From NCBI GenBank assembly GCA_016839515.1, contig JAEOUE010000108.1, positions 2,004 through 66,003 on the forward strand: 64,000 bases of DNA. The letters run 5' to 3'. A model generated the notes under the pieces. The model ran no database searches, was not told the DNA's origin, and saw only the letters and a program-made list of their open reading frames with translations. This document shows positions 48,245 to 58,071 of this stretch, one piece after another. Numbering within the stretch: position 1 is the first letter of the stretch; each line of letters starts with the position of its first letter. The translations under genes were made by a program, and so were the position numbers. The DNA comes from Candidatus Hodarchaeum mangrovi. Its GTDB lineage: Archaea; Asgardarchaeota; Heimdallarchaeia; Hodarchaeales; Hodarchaeaceae.

Positions 48245-48254
48245 ATTGTCCAAT
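48245..48254. promoter_or_regulatory. ATTGTCCAAT motif copy 3
   Basis: ATTGTCCAATTCAGTTTGG. Confidence 0.3.
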
Positions 48255-48261
48255 TCAGTTT

Positions 48262-48303
48262 GGAAAAAAGTAATTAAGCATCTCAAGGAGGTTTCTTTTT
48301 TCC
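48262..48303. other. 9-bp inverted repeat GGAAAAAAG-N24-CTTTTTTCC (possible hairpin/terminator)
   Basis: Arms at 48262-48270 and 48295-48303, about 90 nt downstream of the orphan open frame on the minus strand. Confidence 0.25.
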
Positions 48304-48393
48304 TTATCTTGTCAATATAAAGTCAAAGATTAATAAAGTGCTTTAAGGAAAATCCAAAGATAAATAGGGAAACATGGGACCTAATTAAGGGTA

Positions 48394-48639
48394 TCAATGA
48401 GAATTTTTTAACTTATTTCTGATTTGTACAATTCGTGATTCAGTTTCATTATCATAAAATTTACAGGTGATGAAGGAAAACCCTCTGGGATCAGGAAATA
48501 AATGTAAATCGAGTTTATCAGTCTTTATGATTGAATATTCATCCTGTTCTGCGAATGGGGTTTTAAATTCTTTGCTGACTTCTTTTAAAAAGGTTTTTCC
48601 AAGATCCCAAGTATTTAATTTAAATTTAATACGTTTTAT
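48394..48639 (-). CDS. Candidate small protein (81 codons) with no canonical start codon
   Basis: Own translation: (I)KRIKFKLNTWDLGKTFLKEVSKEFKTPFAEQDEYSIIKTDKLDLHLFPDPRGFSFITCKFYDNETESRIVQIRNKLKNSH-TGA. ATA 48639-48637 overlaps the TAA of the upstream gene (ATAA) and lies 8 nt after GGAGG. No ATG/GTG/TTG in frame. Confidence 0.2.
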   Translation of the reverse strand: MKRIKFKLNTWDLGKTFLKEVSKEFKTPFAEQDEYSIIKTDKLDLHLFPDPRGFSFITCKFYDNETESRIVQIRNKLKNSH

Positions 48640-50822
48640 TTGAGATTCCTCCTTAAATAGGCTAGAATAAGTACGGAACTGAAAATAATTGGAAAATATA
48701 ATGGAGTTTCATTCGTTGTATCATTTTTAGTTTTTAAGGGAATAAGTGGAACACTCCCTTTAGGATCAGGTGAACCGAATATGAAATCAGATGCTTTATT
48801 TGTATCAATATGAAGCATTTTCCTTAGTATAGCTTGACCTGATCCAGGAATGCTTAATTGTTCAGAACCATCAGGAGCGGGAATTCCATATGCTACAACA
48901 TCATAGAATTTACCTAAAGGATCAATTAATTGGACATAATCTCCACCAGTATTAACTAGAGTAAATCCTAGCTGAAAATCTCCCACATTTCCATAAGCAT
49001 TGTTATATCCTGCAAGACTCTTCGCAATAATTATAGAACTGTAAGCTGGAATAGTATAATTATATGGAAAAGTCAGTAGAATATTATTATCACCAATTTT
49101 CCAATTTTCAATAAGTAGATCGAATGGGAAGCTATTTGTAAGCTCTATATATTCTCCTTCTGCATCTGAGACATCTGTAGGATCAGGTAATAATTCTGTT
49201 ATTAAAAACCTCCAATTATCACTTGAATGATAATTAGCGATGTTTACTGTAACTTTATCAAAGAATACATTGGAATTATTACTAGCTTTGACTTCAAAGG
49301 ACTGGATACCATTTTCCAACGCTGTTGTATCATATTGAATTGAAAAAGAGCTTTCAGAGGATGATACCTCAACCCATTCTGATGTTCCCCATCGATATGA
49401 TAAAGTGGGATTTTCTAAACCAATAGATTGAGCATTCAGTGAAACTATACCAGATATTACTTCTGCATGAGTAAAACTTGTTTGAAAAACTCCTATTGGT
49501 AAATCCCAAGCCGATCCAACAGCTATATCGGATTCCCAGACAGATTTGAAGAAATCTGCAATATCAGGGGCATTATGGACTGCAATACCCATGTCCCGAT
49601 TAGCCTCTGTTGAAGTGTATTCATTTTTTTGTGGTGTGACACTACGAGGACTCCAATTTCCAGAATAAACAAATACATGTTTTCCATCAATAATCCAATA
49701 CTTGGCATGATAATAACCATTCACTTTATTCGCATCGGTTGTAGAATTATAAACAGGGATTAAATTATTAACTAAGGATATAGCTGCATTTTTGGTGTCA
49801 ATATTCTCTGATTCTCCGAAACGTCTATTAGAAATTAAAACCTGAATATCAATGTTTGGATTGTTTTTCTTCAAGTCAATCAATGTATTATTAAAATCTG
49901 GACGACTAATAGTATACATAGAAACATATATTGATTCCTTAGCGCTTAATAAATATTTAAAAATTGTTTCATCTGCACTATCAGGATTTGTAAAAAGCGT
50001 CATGTTATAAATTCCTGTAAAATTAGCTTTTGGAATGTTTGTATGACTCGGATAGCTTGATGCAATGAAATTTTCTTTATCATCAGGTTTTCCAACAAAT
50101 TTTCCTTTCGATTTTATAGGAATAGTATTTGAAGGATCAACTCCATCATTCCAGTCACGATTAAATATAGTTGTAAAGTAATTTGCTATATTAATATTTA
50201 TGATGGCGAAACCTGCTTCTCTATTCTCGGTAAAAGCATTTTCTCCAAAATTGATTGAGGATAGAAGAGTAACTTTATTGTCAACAACAATCAGCTTATT
50301 ATGGGTGCTTGATAACCAATCGTTATCAGGGTTATTATCTTGACTTCCCATCCATCTAATATCAATTCCTAAATTATTGAAATAGCTTGTAATATCATCT
50401 GAATCCGAATCTTCACGGACTTGAACTCTAATATTAATACTTCGATTATGTGCAGCCACTAAAGCACGAACGAGCGGATTAGAATCAGATATCCAATCTC
50501 CTGAATCAAATTTAGTAATGTACTGATTCTGAAGAATAATACTAGTGTTAGCACGATTAATCCATCCCACATGAATATCTAATGCATTATCAGGCGTAAA
50601 CATGGGGCTTATTGTCATTATTTCTTTGATGTTTGTTGCATTAAAAGATGGGATATAAGCTTGACTTATTAAAGGTTCTTTTACCATCAAAGGAATATTA
50701 TTATTATTTATAGAATAATGTGAAGTCGGTAGTGATGACAATACGCAACTAATCAGAGTGATTATAAAGAGATAAACATACACACGATTTAGCATCCTAA
50801 ACACCATAAATCTAAACAGCAT
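48636..50822 (-). CDS. Secreted, C-terminally anchored phospholipase-D-superfamily protein (two HKD motifs) with lamin-tail domain
   Basis: Signal-like N-terminus. HNKLIVVDNKVTLLSSINFGENA and HAKYWIIDGKHVFVYSGNWS (HxK..D motifs). LTD-like LITELLPDPTDVSDAEGEYIELTNSFPFDLLIENWKIGD. Terminal TM plus RRNLK. Confidence 0.75.
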   Translation of the reverse strand: MLFRFMVFRMLNRVYVYLFIITLISCVLSSLPTSHYSINNNNIPLMVKEPLISQAYIPSFNATNIKEIMTISPMFTPDNALDIHVGWINRANTSIILQNQYITKFDSGDWISDSNPLVRALVAAHNRSINIRVQVREDSDSDDITSYFNNLGIDIRWMGSQDNNPDNDWLSSTHNKLIVVDNKVTLLSSINFGENAFTENREAGFAIININIANYFTTIFNRDWNDGVDPSNTIPIKSKGKFVGKPDDKENFIASSYPSHTNIPKANFTGIYNMTLFTNPDSADETIFKYLLSAKESIYVSMYTISRPDFNNTLIDLKKNNPNIDIQVLISNRRFGESENIDTKNAAISLVNNLIPVYNSTTDANKVNGYYHAKYWIIDGKHVFVYSGNWSPRSVTPQKNEYTSTEANRDMGIAVHNAPDIADFFKSVWESDIAVGSAWDLPIGVFQTSFTHAEVISGIVSLNAQSIGLENPTLSYRWGTSEWVEVSSSESSFSIQYDTTALENGIQSFEVKASNNSNVFFDKVTVNIANYHSSDNWRFLITELLPDPTDVSDAEGEYIELTNSFPFDLLIENWKIGDNNILLTFPYNYTIPAYSSIIIAKSLAGYNNAYGNVGDFQLGFTLVNTGGDYVQLIDPLGKFYDVVAYGIPAPDGSEQLSIPGSGQAILRKMLHIDTNKASDFIFGSPDPKGSVPLIPLKTKNDTTNETPLYFPIIFSSVLILAYLRRNLK

Positions 50823-51024
50823 TGAAAGAAATTTCTATGTAATTCTATGATATATTGACCACAAATTTTTGGCTTTAAAAACCCGACTTTATTAAGTTCG
50901 TGACGTAAAAAATCAAAGAGAAGCAATTTTAACAGTATAAAATGATATTGGAAAACAACAGTAAAAGTCTAATAGAGATATTTTTTTAATAAAAAATTAG
51001 GATATAAACTTAGGAGAAAATGTC

Positions 51025-52380
51025 ATGGAATCCTTATTATTAAAAAATGGTCTAATTGTAACAATGAATCGAAACAATGAGGTGATAGAAAGGGGGAACT
51101 TATATATTGAGGATGGAAAAATTCTTGAAATTGGGGAAAAAACACAAAAAAAGGCGGATATCGAATTAGATTGTAATTATCAGATAATTTTTCCTGGATT
51201 TATCTGTGCTCATACACATCTATATTCTGCCTTACTAAGAGGAGCACCAATGAAAATCACCCCTCCTTCTGATTTTACCCAAAATTTACAGCGTATTTGG
51301 TGGACTATGGATGAGGCATTGTCTCTTGAAGATGCTTATACATCAACTCTCTACGCTGTACATGAATTAGCCCTAAATGGAGTAACTGCATATCTGGATA
51401 CTTATTCTGGTCCAAATTCAATTGAGGGGTCATTAGACCGAATTTCAAAAGCAACACAAGAAGTTGGTTCTCGGGGTGTTATATGTTTTGAAGCTACAGA
51501 ACGCAGAAGTCCAGAGGAAGGAATTAGAGGACTTGAAGAAAATCGACGCTTTATTCAACAGAATGATCCTCAAAAGACTCTGATTCATGGAATCTATTGT
51601 TTACATGCATCCTTTACTGTTTCAGATGATTTAATTCATAAAACAAATGAATATGCTGAACAAACTGATTCTTTTAAAACAATCCATACATCGGAGGGCA
51701 TGGCGGATCTACATCACAATTTGGAGAAATATGGTAAAAGAACGGTTGAACGGTTGTTCGATGAAGAATTTCTTGGTCCACGAACTGCATTAGCTCACGC
51801 AGTTCATATTAATCAGCATGAAATTGATTTAATTGCTCAAACCAATTCAAATATTGCACACAATCCCAAAAGTAATGAATTAAATGCAGTTGGAATTGCT
51901 CAAATCCCTGAAATGATTCAGAAGGGAATAAATATCGGCGTAGGGAATGATGGGTTTATTTATGATGCAATAGAAAACATGCGAACAGCATATCTTATGC
52001 ATAAGCTGAATCATCTTAATCCAAGTCAACTTCCTACTCCCTTACAAGTCACTCAAATGATAACTATAAATGCAGCTCAAGCAATAGGACTTAAAGATCA
52101 TATTGGTTCAATAGAAGTCGGGAAAGCAGCTGATTTTGTAATATTCGATTGTACTGCATTACCTACACCCATTCATAGGGAAAATGTTTTTGGACATCTA
52201 GTATACGGTTCGTTTTCACGGAGAGACATTAAACGAGTAATTGTAAATGGAAAAACTATTGTGAAGAATGGGATTCACACATCATTAGATGCTACTCAAA
52301 TTAGTCAACAGTCTAAGGAATCAGCTTTAAAACTTTGGGAGCGATTAGATCTAACACCTAGAATTGGTAAACGTTTTTAA
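51025..52380 (+). CDS. ssnA: Amidohydrolase-superfamily aminohydrolase, SsnA/chlorohydrolase-like
   Basis: FICAHTHLYSALLRG (HxH), IWWTMDEAL, HTSEG, AHAVH, GNDG motifs. Confidence 0.65.
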   Translation: MESLLLKNGLIVTMNRNNEVIERGNLYIEDGKILEIGEKTQKKADIELDCNYQIIFPGFICAHTHLYSALLRGAPMKITPPSDFTQNLQRIWWTMDEALSLEDAYTSTLYAVHELALNGVTAYLDTYSGPNSIEGSLDRISKATQEVGSRGVICFEATERRSPEEGIRGLEENRRFIQQNDPQKTLIHGIYCLHASFTVSDDLIHKTNEYAEQTDSFKTIHTSEGMADLHHNLEKYGKRTVERLFDEEFLGPRTALAHAVHINQHEIDLIAQTNSNIAHNPKSNELNAVGIAQIPEMIQKGINIGVGNDGFIYDAIENMRTAYLMHKLNHLNPSQLPTPLQVTQMITINAAQAIGLKDHIGSIEVGKAADFVIFDCTALPTPIHRENVFGHLVYGSFSRRDIKRVIVNGKTIVKNGIHTSLDATQISQQSKESALKLWERLDLTPRIGKRF

Positions 52381-52539
52381 ACTTTCAATCAATCTTTCGG
52401 TGGAAGGGTGTGTTATTTTTTAATGGATTGTATTGACTAAATCCATTTTTTTAACTTTAATGGTAAGTTTGCCTAGGCTAGCAGAAATTTCAAACATATA
52501 ACCCTAATAATAAAAAAAATTTAAGAAAAAAGAGATATA

Positions 52540-53040
52540 TTACTCTTGAAGTTCTTCTAACGCTTTGAAAATTGGTTTTTCATTTGGAGGGCCTTCATTT
52601 AACTCGTTTGGTACATCTATATATCTTATAATACCTTTTTTGTCTATTATAAAGATAGCACGCTTTCCGAAACCGATTCGGGGAATAAAAGCGTCATATT
52701 TCTTACTAACTTCACCAGCAGGTACCCAATCTGCCAATAATGGAAAGTTTAAACCTCCTAATGCTTCTATCCATGCATTATGAACAGGAATTGAAGCTAC
52801 TCCAATTGCTAAAACTTGGGTATTTAATTCCTCAAATTTTTCTATTTGCTTGCTATATGAAGGTAATTGGTGGGAACATACTGGAGTAAAATCTTGAGGA
52901 TAAAACGCAAGCATAACATTCTTTTTTCCACGAAAGTCAGAAAGTTTTATTTTTTTTCCATCTTGAGCGGGTAGCGTAAAATCTGGAGCTTTATCTCCTA
53001 CTTTTAACGAAGTTCCGCCTTGCAATACTTTTTCAGTCAT
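52540..53040 (-). CDS. Peroxiredoxin (AhpC/TSA-Bcp family)
   Basis: [14 protein letters not shown] peroxidatic Cys motif; thioredoxin fold length. Confidence 0.85.
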   Translation of the reverse strand: MTEKVLQGGTSLKVGDKAPDFTLPAQDGKKIKLSDFRGKKNVMLAFYPQDFTPVCSHQLPSYSKQIEKFEELNTQVLAIGVASIPVHNAWIEALGGLNFPLLADWVPAGEVSKKYDAFIPRIGFGKRAIFIIDKKGIIRYIDVPNELNEGPPNEKPIFKALEELQE

Positions 53041-53155
53041 TCTGATTCACCTAATCTTAATTTTGATTGTTTAACGTTTTTATTTTACATAAAAAAAGTA
53101 GATTCAAAAACTTAATTATTGTTAATTCGTTATAAAAACAAAAGAATTAACTGTT

Positions 53156-53899
53156 TTAATCATCATACTCAATTATAGATGATAATTTTTTAGCATTTTC
53201 AATGTTATTAACTAGATCAGATAGATTAGGAACCATTCCATCCCAATTTGTATCTTTAATATATACTTCAAAGTGTTTTCGTAATTTTTTTGCATCCCAT
53301 TGACTTAATATTTCAGGTGTTTGGATACCAGCGTTATAATAAAGACGGGTTAATTTCTCTTTAACATATCCTACTCTAGTTAAATCAGAAATTTTTGTTA
53401 ACTCGAGAATAACCTCATAGGGGATTTCCAACTTTTCAGCTAAATCAAATCTATTTTTTCTTGTTTTTCCAGCTAATATCATGTCATTTGCAGTTTTAAT
53501 ACCTTCAGATGATAGCTTTTCTATAAATCTTTTGTTCACATCAAGAATTTTGTCTAATAAAAATGGAGTCTTTTTAGATTTTTTCAAAAGTCGTAATTTT
53601 TGAGCTTTGTCCTTCATAACTTTATTATCAGTCGCTTTATAATATAATAGTAAAGTATAGATTACAGTTTTTGAAGATTGTTTTTCTGATGCCTCGAAAT
53701 GTTGAAGAAAATCTTCTAGATCTTCTGATACGGCTTTTTTTAATTCTTTGAATTTATTTTCTTTTAAGTAATCTTCATACAGTTGAACATACGTCAGATA
53801 CTTGTTAATGACATTAGACTTTCTACCTGACTTTTTCAAAAACCTTTCAAAGGTGTCATTCTCCATTAATTCACCATTTCGTTTTTTTGCAAAATTCAA
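53156..53899 (-). CDS. DUF4332-domain protein with integrase-SAM-like N-terminal helical domain
   Basis: C-terminal half GIKTANDMILAG...LAEKLEIPYEVILELTKISDLTRVGYV...LYYNAGIQTPEIL fits the DUF4332 double helix-hairpin-helix pattern. The N-terminus resembles phage-integrase N-terminal SAM-like domains, but no catalytic integrase domain is present. Confidence 0.5.
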   Translation of the reverse strand: MNFAKKRNGELMENDTFERFLKKSGRKSNVINKYLTYVQLYEDYLKENKFKELKKAVSEDLEDFLQHFEASEKQSSKTVIYTLLLYYKATDNKVMKDKAQKLRLLKKSKKTPFLLDKILDVNKRFIEKLSSEGIKTANDMILAGKTRKNRFDLAEKLEIPYEVILELTKISDLTRVGYVKEKLTRLYYNAGIQTPEILSQWDAKKLRKHFEVYIKDTNWDGMVPNLSDLVNNIENAKKLSSIIEYDD

Positions 53900-53958
53900 T
53901 CAAGCTTAAATTCTTAAAAGTTTGTTCAAACTGACTGGTTTCAAATATTGAGTAAATT

Positions 53959-56900
53959 TCAATGAGAAAATAGTTCTTGAACATCTCTAGCATTATTTTC
54001 AGAAGGTAAATTTGGGACCAGATAGTAAATTATTTCATTCGATTGATTCGGTTCAAGGTAACAACTAGAAAAGACACCACCTGCTGAAACCATTTCACCT
54101 GCATCAAAAATCAAAACATTAGATTTTTCAACATCTGGAATTAGCGACAAAGAATGTCCATTTTTATGATAAAAAAGACTTTTTATAGAAGAAGACCCTA
54201 ATCCAATTAATGGTATAGGATTCTTTCGTGAGAATTCATAGATTTGAGAAGGATCATCAAAATCCAACATTGAGTACATTTCATCACGTTTTCCTTCAAA
54301 TCCAGGGAATAGAAATCCGATATGAATGAATCTAAATGCTGCTGTTGTTGGATTATCTATTCTAATTCTAATTCTTAAAATCCTCGAGTTTCCTCCTAAC
54401 ATCTCATATGAGATCTTAAGAACTAAACCTTTCAATGATTTCTGTTCGTTGATATTAACAGTATATTGTACTCCTTTCCAAGGTCCATCATGAGTTTCTT
54501 CATATACGTATTTTTCATCAATATACTTAAGTTCATCTAGTTCATCATTTTCTCCGAGAAGAGAGTTATATACCCCACCAGGATCCTTATTGAAAAATAC
54601 CGAAGGAATTAGCATTGGAAAATTACTGCAGAGATATTCAATATCATTCCATTTAAGAGAAGTCATAGCACCGGCAAAATCTTCTGAACTAGTAATAGAT
54701 AAACTCTCATTTCTAAGTAAAACTTGCTTTTTACCTTGATGTTGAGGAAGAATCTCGATTCTAGGTTGGGATGTTGCTTGAAAAGCTAAAACTAAAAATC
54801 TTTTCATAATATTATTGAAAGGACTTTGAATAAGAACGGTTAGGGGATATATTCCGAAGTATATACTATCAGGTAGTTTGACCGTCAATTTGCACTGATG
54901 AGAATTTTGAAAGCATAAATTTTCAATTTGATCATTATCAATGTCAATAGACCATCCATCAGGGGATTTTACAGTTAATTTGCCATTTAAAGGCATATTA
55001 CGATATGATTCAATTGTCAGATTAATTCTATTTTCTGAATTCCCAAGTAATAAGTCCTCTTGAGGGATGAGTAAATTAAGTGCAGCTTTAGCTTTTTGAT
55101 TATTTTCTCGAACAGACAATAATTTTCCTTGAGTTAAAAAGCGTGCTTTTTGTCTGATATCTTTCCATTTATATTGGTTAGAAATTCCTAGCCAACTTTT
55201 TGGTCCTTTAACAACAGTTAAAGCAGGAATGTTTAGCGTTTTTTCTAAATAATTCAATTTGTTTCTACTTGGATCAGCGGAAGTATTGATTGGATCATGT
55301 ATATGATAATAAGAAACCCCAGCCACATCAATGCAAATCCAGGGTTCAAATCGCTCTGATTCATCAGGTAAATCCCCCTCTCTAATCGGCCAAATTACAT
55401 TTTTTTCATGTAATATTTCACCATCAAGTGCTAAATATGTTTCACCTATAGGTAAGCTTACTCCATTAGTGAAATGAGGTTGAATTAATACACTCAATGA
55501 GTCATCAATTGAGCCATGATTTTCAATTTCTTCCCAAACTTCGATATGATGATTTTGGGGAGACAATTTGAAAAGACGATTAAATTTTAGCTCAGGTTTT
55601 GACAAACTCGCCTTAGACAGTCTTACAACAATTCCATCTTCATTTTTGGAGATTTTAGAAGAAAATTCGACTTGATTAAATTCACTAAACCCAAAGGGTG
55701 GACCAAAATCTAATAAATTTACTCCAATTCCCATCAAAGAATAATCCTTAGATAAAATTGTAACTCGAGCTCCTTCTAAGTTAATTTCTGTCCTTATAAA
55801 TTGATTCAATAGAATTATCTTTTTAGAATCTGAGAGTAAACCAGCTGCGACTGATGGATCATTTGAAACAAAAAGAGGAATCTCAAAAATACGACTTTTG
55901 TTATTGTTAATTACTAATTGAGCGTAAAGTGTTATAGAAGATTCTGAAAATGATTTTGGGACTTTTATCTGAAATTTCTTCCCAATAACTTCCTCTGAAG
56001 AAAGTGTAATTGGAGAAATTTTTTCTATTATTTCAATATTTGCATTAGACCAAATGCGAATCTCTCCTTGGATCGGTTCATGAGTTCTATTCTGAATGAC
56101 TAAAGGAAGATCAATTATTCCCGTGGGATACCACCAGTCAAGATGGTGAGAGGTTATATTTATTAATTGCTTAGCTCTTACACCCATTTCTAAGGTGAAT
56201 AGCTCTCCATTAACATTTAAATGTGCCTTTAAACTTGGAGTCTTTCGATATACATTTGAATCGGGAGTTGTTGAATTAACTAAATAATAATTGGAATAAA
56301 TTAAACCCTCTGGAAGAGCTTCAGTATTAGCGGTCATTTTATGAATAGAGATCTCTTTAGAAGGTTCAAAATTAATTGATAAAGGAAGAGCTTTCCCTAA
56401 ATTATGATTAACACCCAGATGAAAATTAGTTTCTATTCCTGTGAAAACTTCGTGTGTGTTTTGTCTAAGGATAACTTCTATTAATTTTCCCTCTAAATTT
56501 CGGGAGATACCAACTATTGAACGACTAAAGCGATCAATAGTGACTTCTAGTGAATCTTCTCCTTCCTTAAAATAATACTTAAAAACGCTCATATCTGCTA
56601 ATTTATGATCATCAGGAGCTTGAGTAATCTCACGGACTTGATTTGAATACCAATTAGGATGTTTTTCGAAAAAAGGCTTGCAAAATGAGTGGTTAAGAAT
56701 AGCAGGAAGATAATTTTGCATATAAACACTCGTATCAGGAACCCATTGAAGACCGATCTTTTTATATAAAGGAACGGCCTTCATATTTGATGCCCAAGTA
56801 TTAAGATCTTGCCGTAAATCACCGTTTTTAACGCTAAAGTCAACTGCAGCGAGAAGTAAATTCTTACCATATTTTTTAGAAAGAATTGAGGGATGTGCTC

Positions 56901-57192
56901 CAAGAACTCCAATGTACGAAACATTTGGTTCTTCCATTCTTTTATGAACCGAACAAAAACCTACTAATTTTCCATCAGGATTAAAAGCGACAAAATTCTT
57001 TAGAGATTTTCTCTTATTGATAAAATCAATTGCCAATTGTTTTGTATAGGGGATTCCACGAGTCCATGTTCCAGGCCAAAGTTCATCAATTTCATTAAAA
57101 AAATCAGCAAGATTTTGCGCATCATTTACAATGTCAATTGGTCGAATTATACCTTCGAACTCACTCAATTTCTCATCTTGTGACCGATCCAT
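53959..57192 (-). CDS. 1077-aa protein: N-terminal GNAT acetyltransferase domain fused to a ~900-aa beta-rich region of unknown function
   Basis: GNAT core FVAFNPDGKLVGFCSV...IGVLGAHPSILSKKYGKNLLLAAVDF...VPLYKKIGLQWV. No signal peptide or TM seen. The remainder is unrecognised. Confidence 0.5.
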   Translation of the reverse strand: MDRSQDEKLSEFEGIIRPIDIVNDAQNLADFFNEIDELWPGTWTRGIPYTKQLAIDFINKRKSLKNFVAFNPDGKLVGFCSVHKRMEEPNVSYIGVLGAHPSILSKKYGKNLLLAAVDFSVKNGDLRQDLNTWASNMKAVPLYKKIGLQWVPDTSVYMQNYLPAILNHSFCKPFFEKHPNWYSNQVREITQAPDDHKLADMSVFKYYFKEGEDSLEVTIDRFSRSIVGISRNLEGKLIEVILRQNTHEVFTGIETNFHLGVNHNLGKALPLSINFEPSKEISIHKMTANTEALPEGLIYSNYYLVNSTTPDSNVYRKTPSLKAHLNVNGELFTLEMGVRAKQLINITSHHLDWWYPTGIIDLPLVIQNRTHEPIQGEIRIWSNANIEIIEKISPITLSSEEVIGKKFQIKVPKSFSESSITLYAQLVINNNKSRIFEIPLFVSNDPSVAAGLLSDSKKIILLNQFIRTEINLEGARVTILSKDYSLMGIGVNLLDFGPPFGFSEFNQVEFSSKISKNEDGIVVRLSKASLSKPELKFNRLFKLSPQNHHIEVWEEIENHGSIDDSLSVLIQPHFTNGVSLPIGETYLALDGEILHEKNVIWPIREGDLPDESERFEPWICIDVAGVSYYHIHDPINTSADPSRNKLNYLEKTLNIPALTVVKGPKSWLGISNQYKWKDIRQKARFLTQGKLLSVRENNQKAKAALNLLIPQEDLLLGNSENRINLTIESYRNMPLNGKLTVKSPDGWSIDIDNDQIENLCFQNSHQCKLTVKLPDSIYFGIYPLTVLIQSPFNNIMKRFLVLAFQATSQPRIEILPQHQGKKQVLLRNESLSITSSEDFAGAMTSLKWNDIEYLCSNFPMLIPSVFFNKDPGGVYNSLLGENDELDELKYIDEKYVYEETHDGPWKGVQYTVNINEQKSLKGLVLKISYEMLGGNSRILRIRIRIDNPTTAAFRFIHIGFLFPGFEGKRDEMYSMLDFDDPSQIYEFSRKNPIPLIGLGSSSIKSLFYHKNGHSLSLIPDVEKSNVLIFDAGEMVSAGGVFSSCYLEPNQSNEIIYYLVPNLPSENNARDVQELFSH

Positions 57193-57288
57193 AATTAAAT
57201 CCTTCTGAAAAATGTTATTATCAAATTGAAAAAAGATATCAAGAAATTACGATATTTTGTAAGAATCATACATTGATATTTATATACC

Positions 57289-58071
57289 TCATTTTTGTGG
57301 CAATCGTTTTAGAAATTTGCTTCCTCCAAATTCATCAATCTTGGCGAATTTAGCTACAATACCTGGATGTAATGGTAAATTTTTAGGATTTCGATACCTC
57401 TTTTCTTTATATATCTCCTCTGACCAAAAATCTAACCAAATAGCTTTTCCGCCAAAATTAATAGCACCTAAAACATCACGGTAATAATCATCCCCAATAT
57501 GAAGCAACTGTTCGCGGTTACTCAAATTTAAATCGTTAATAGCGGTTTCAAACATTAAATAATGAGGTTTATGAAATCCAACCTCCCCTGAAAAAACAAT
57601 GGTATCAAAAAAGGCGGTAAGATTAAATTTATTCAACAAATCATACCCATTTGGAGGCCAATCATGATCAGAAATTAATGTTAAGAAAAAATTATGTTCT
57701 TTCAGATCTTGGAGTAGAGAAGGGATGGTAGAAAAGATTTGAGTATATTCTAAAATATTATTAAAAAATGATTTAATTAATAGGTCCGTGTATTTTTGAT
57801 TTGCAACAATATTTTGGGGATTTAATTCAGAAAAAATCGATAAGAAAACCTTATCCATTGTTATTTCTTTTAATTTGGTATTATTGAGTATAGAGTTATG
57901 TACAGAAAATTTGTGATATAAATTCATAAATTCATTAAAGGAAAATAAATTTGATACTTCTTTAACTAACTCCCATGCTAAATTAAGCTCTTGTTTGAAT
58001 GAGAGATTAAATGGTTTCTTTATATAAGCAATCGTATTCCATAAGTCAAATGAAATAATTTCAAAGGACAT
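57289..58071 (-). CDS. HAD-superfamily hydrolase (motif I DLWNT variant)
   Basis: SFDLWNTIAY (nucleophile Asp; second Asp replaced, as in dehalogenase-like HADs), LISDHD, HIGDDYYRDVLGA. Confidence 0.6.
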   Translation of the reverse strand: MSFEIISFDLWNTIAYIKKPFNLSFKQELNLAWELVKEVSNLFSFNEFMNLYHKFSVHNSILNNTKLKEITMDKVFLSIFSELNPQNIVANQKYTDLLIKSFFNNILEYTQIFSTIPSLLQDLKEHNFFLTLISDHDWPPNGYDLLNKFNLTAFFDTIVFSGEVGFHKPHYLMFETAINDLNLSNREQLLHIGDDYYRDVLGAINFGGKAIWLDFWSEEIYKEKRYRNPKNLPLHPGIVAKFAKIDEFGGSKFLKRLPQK

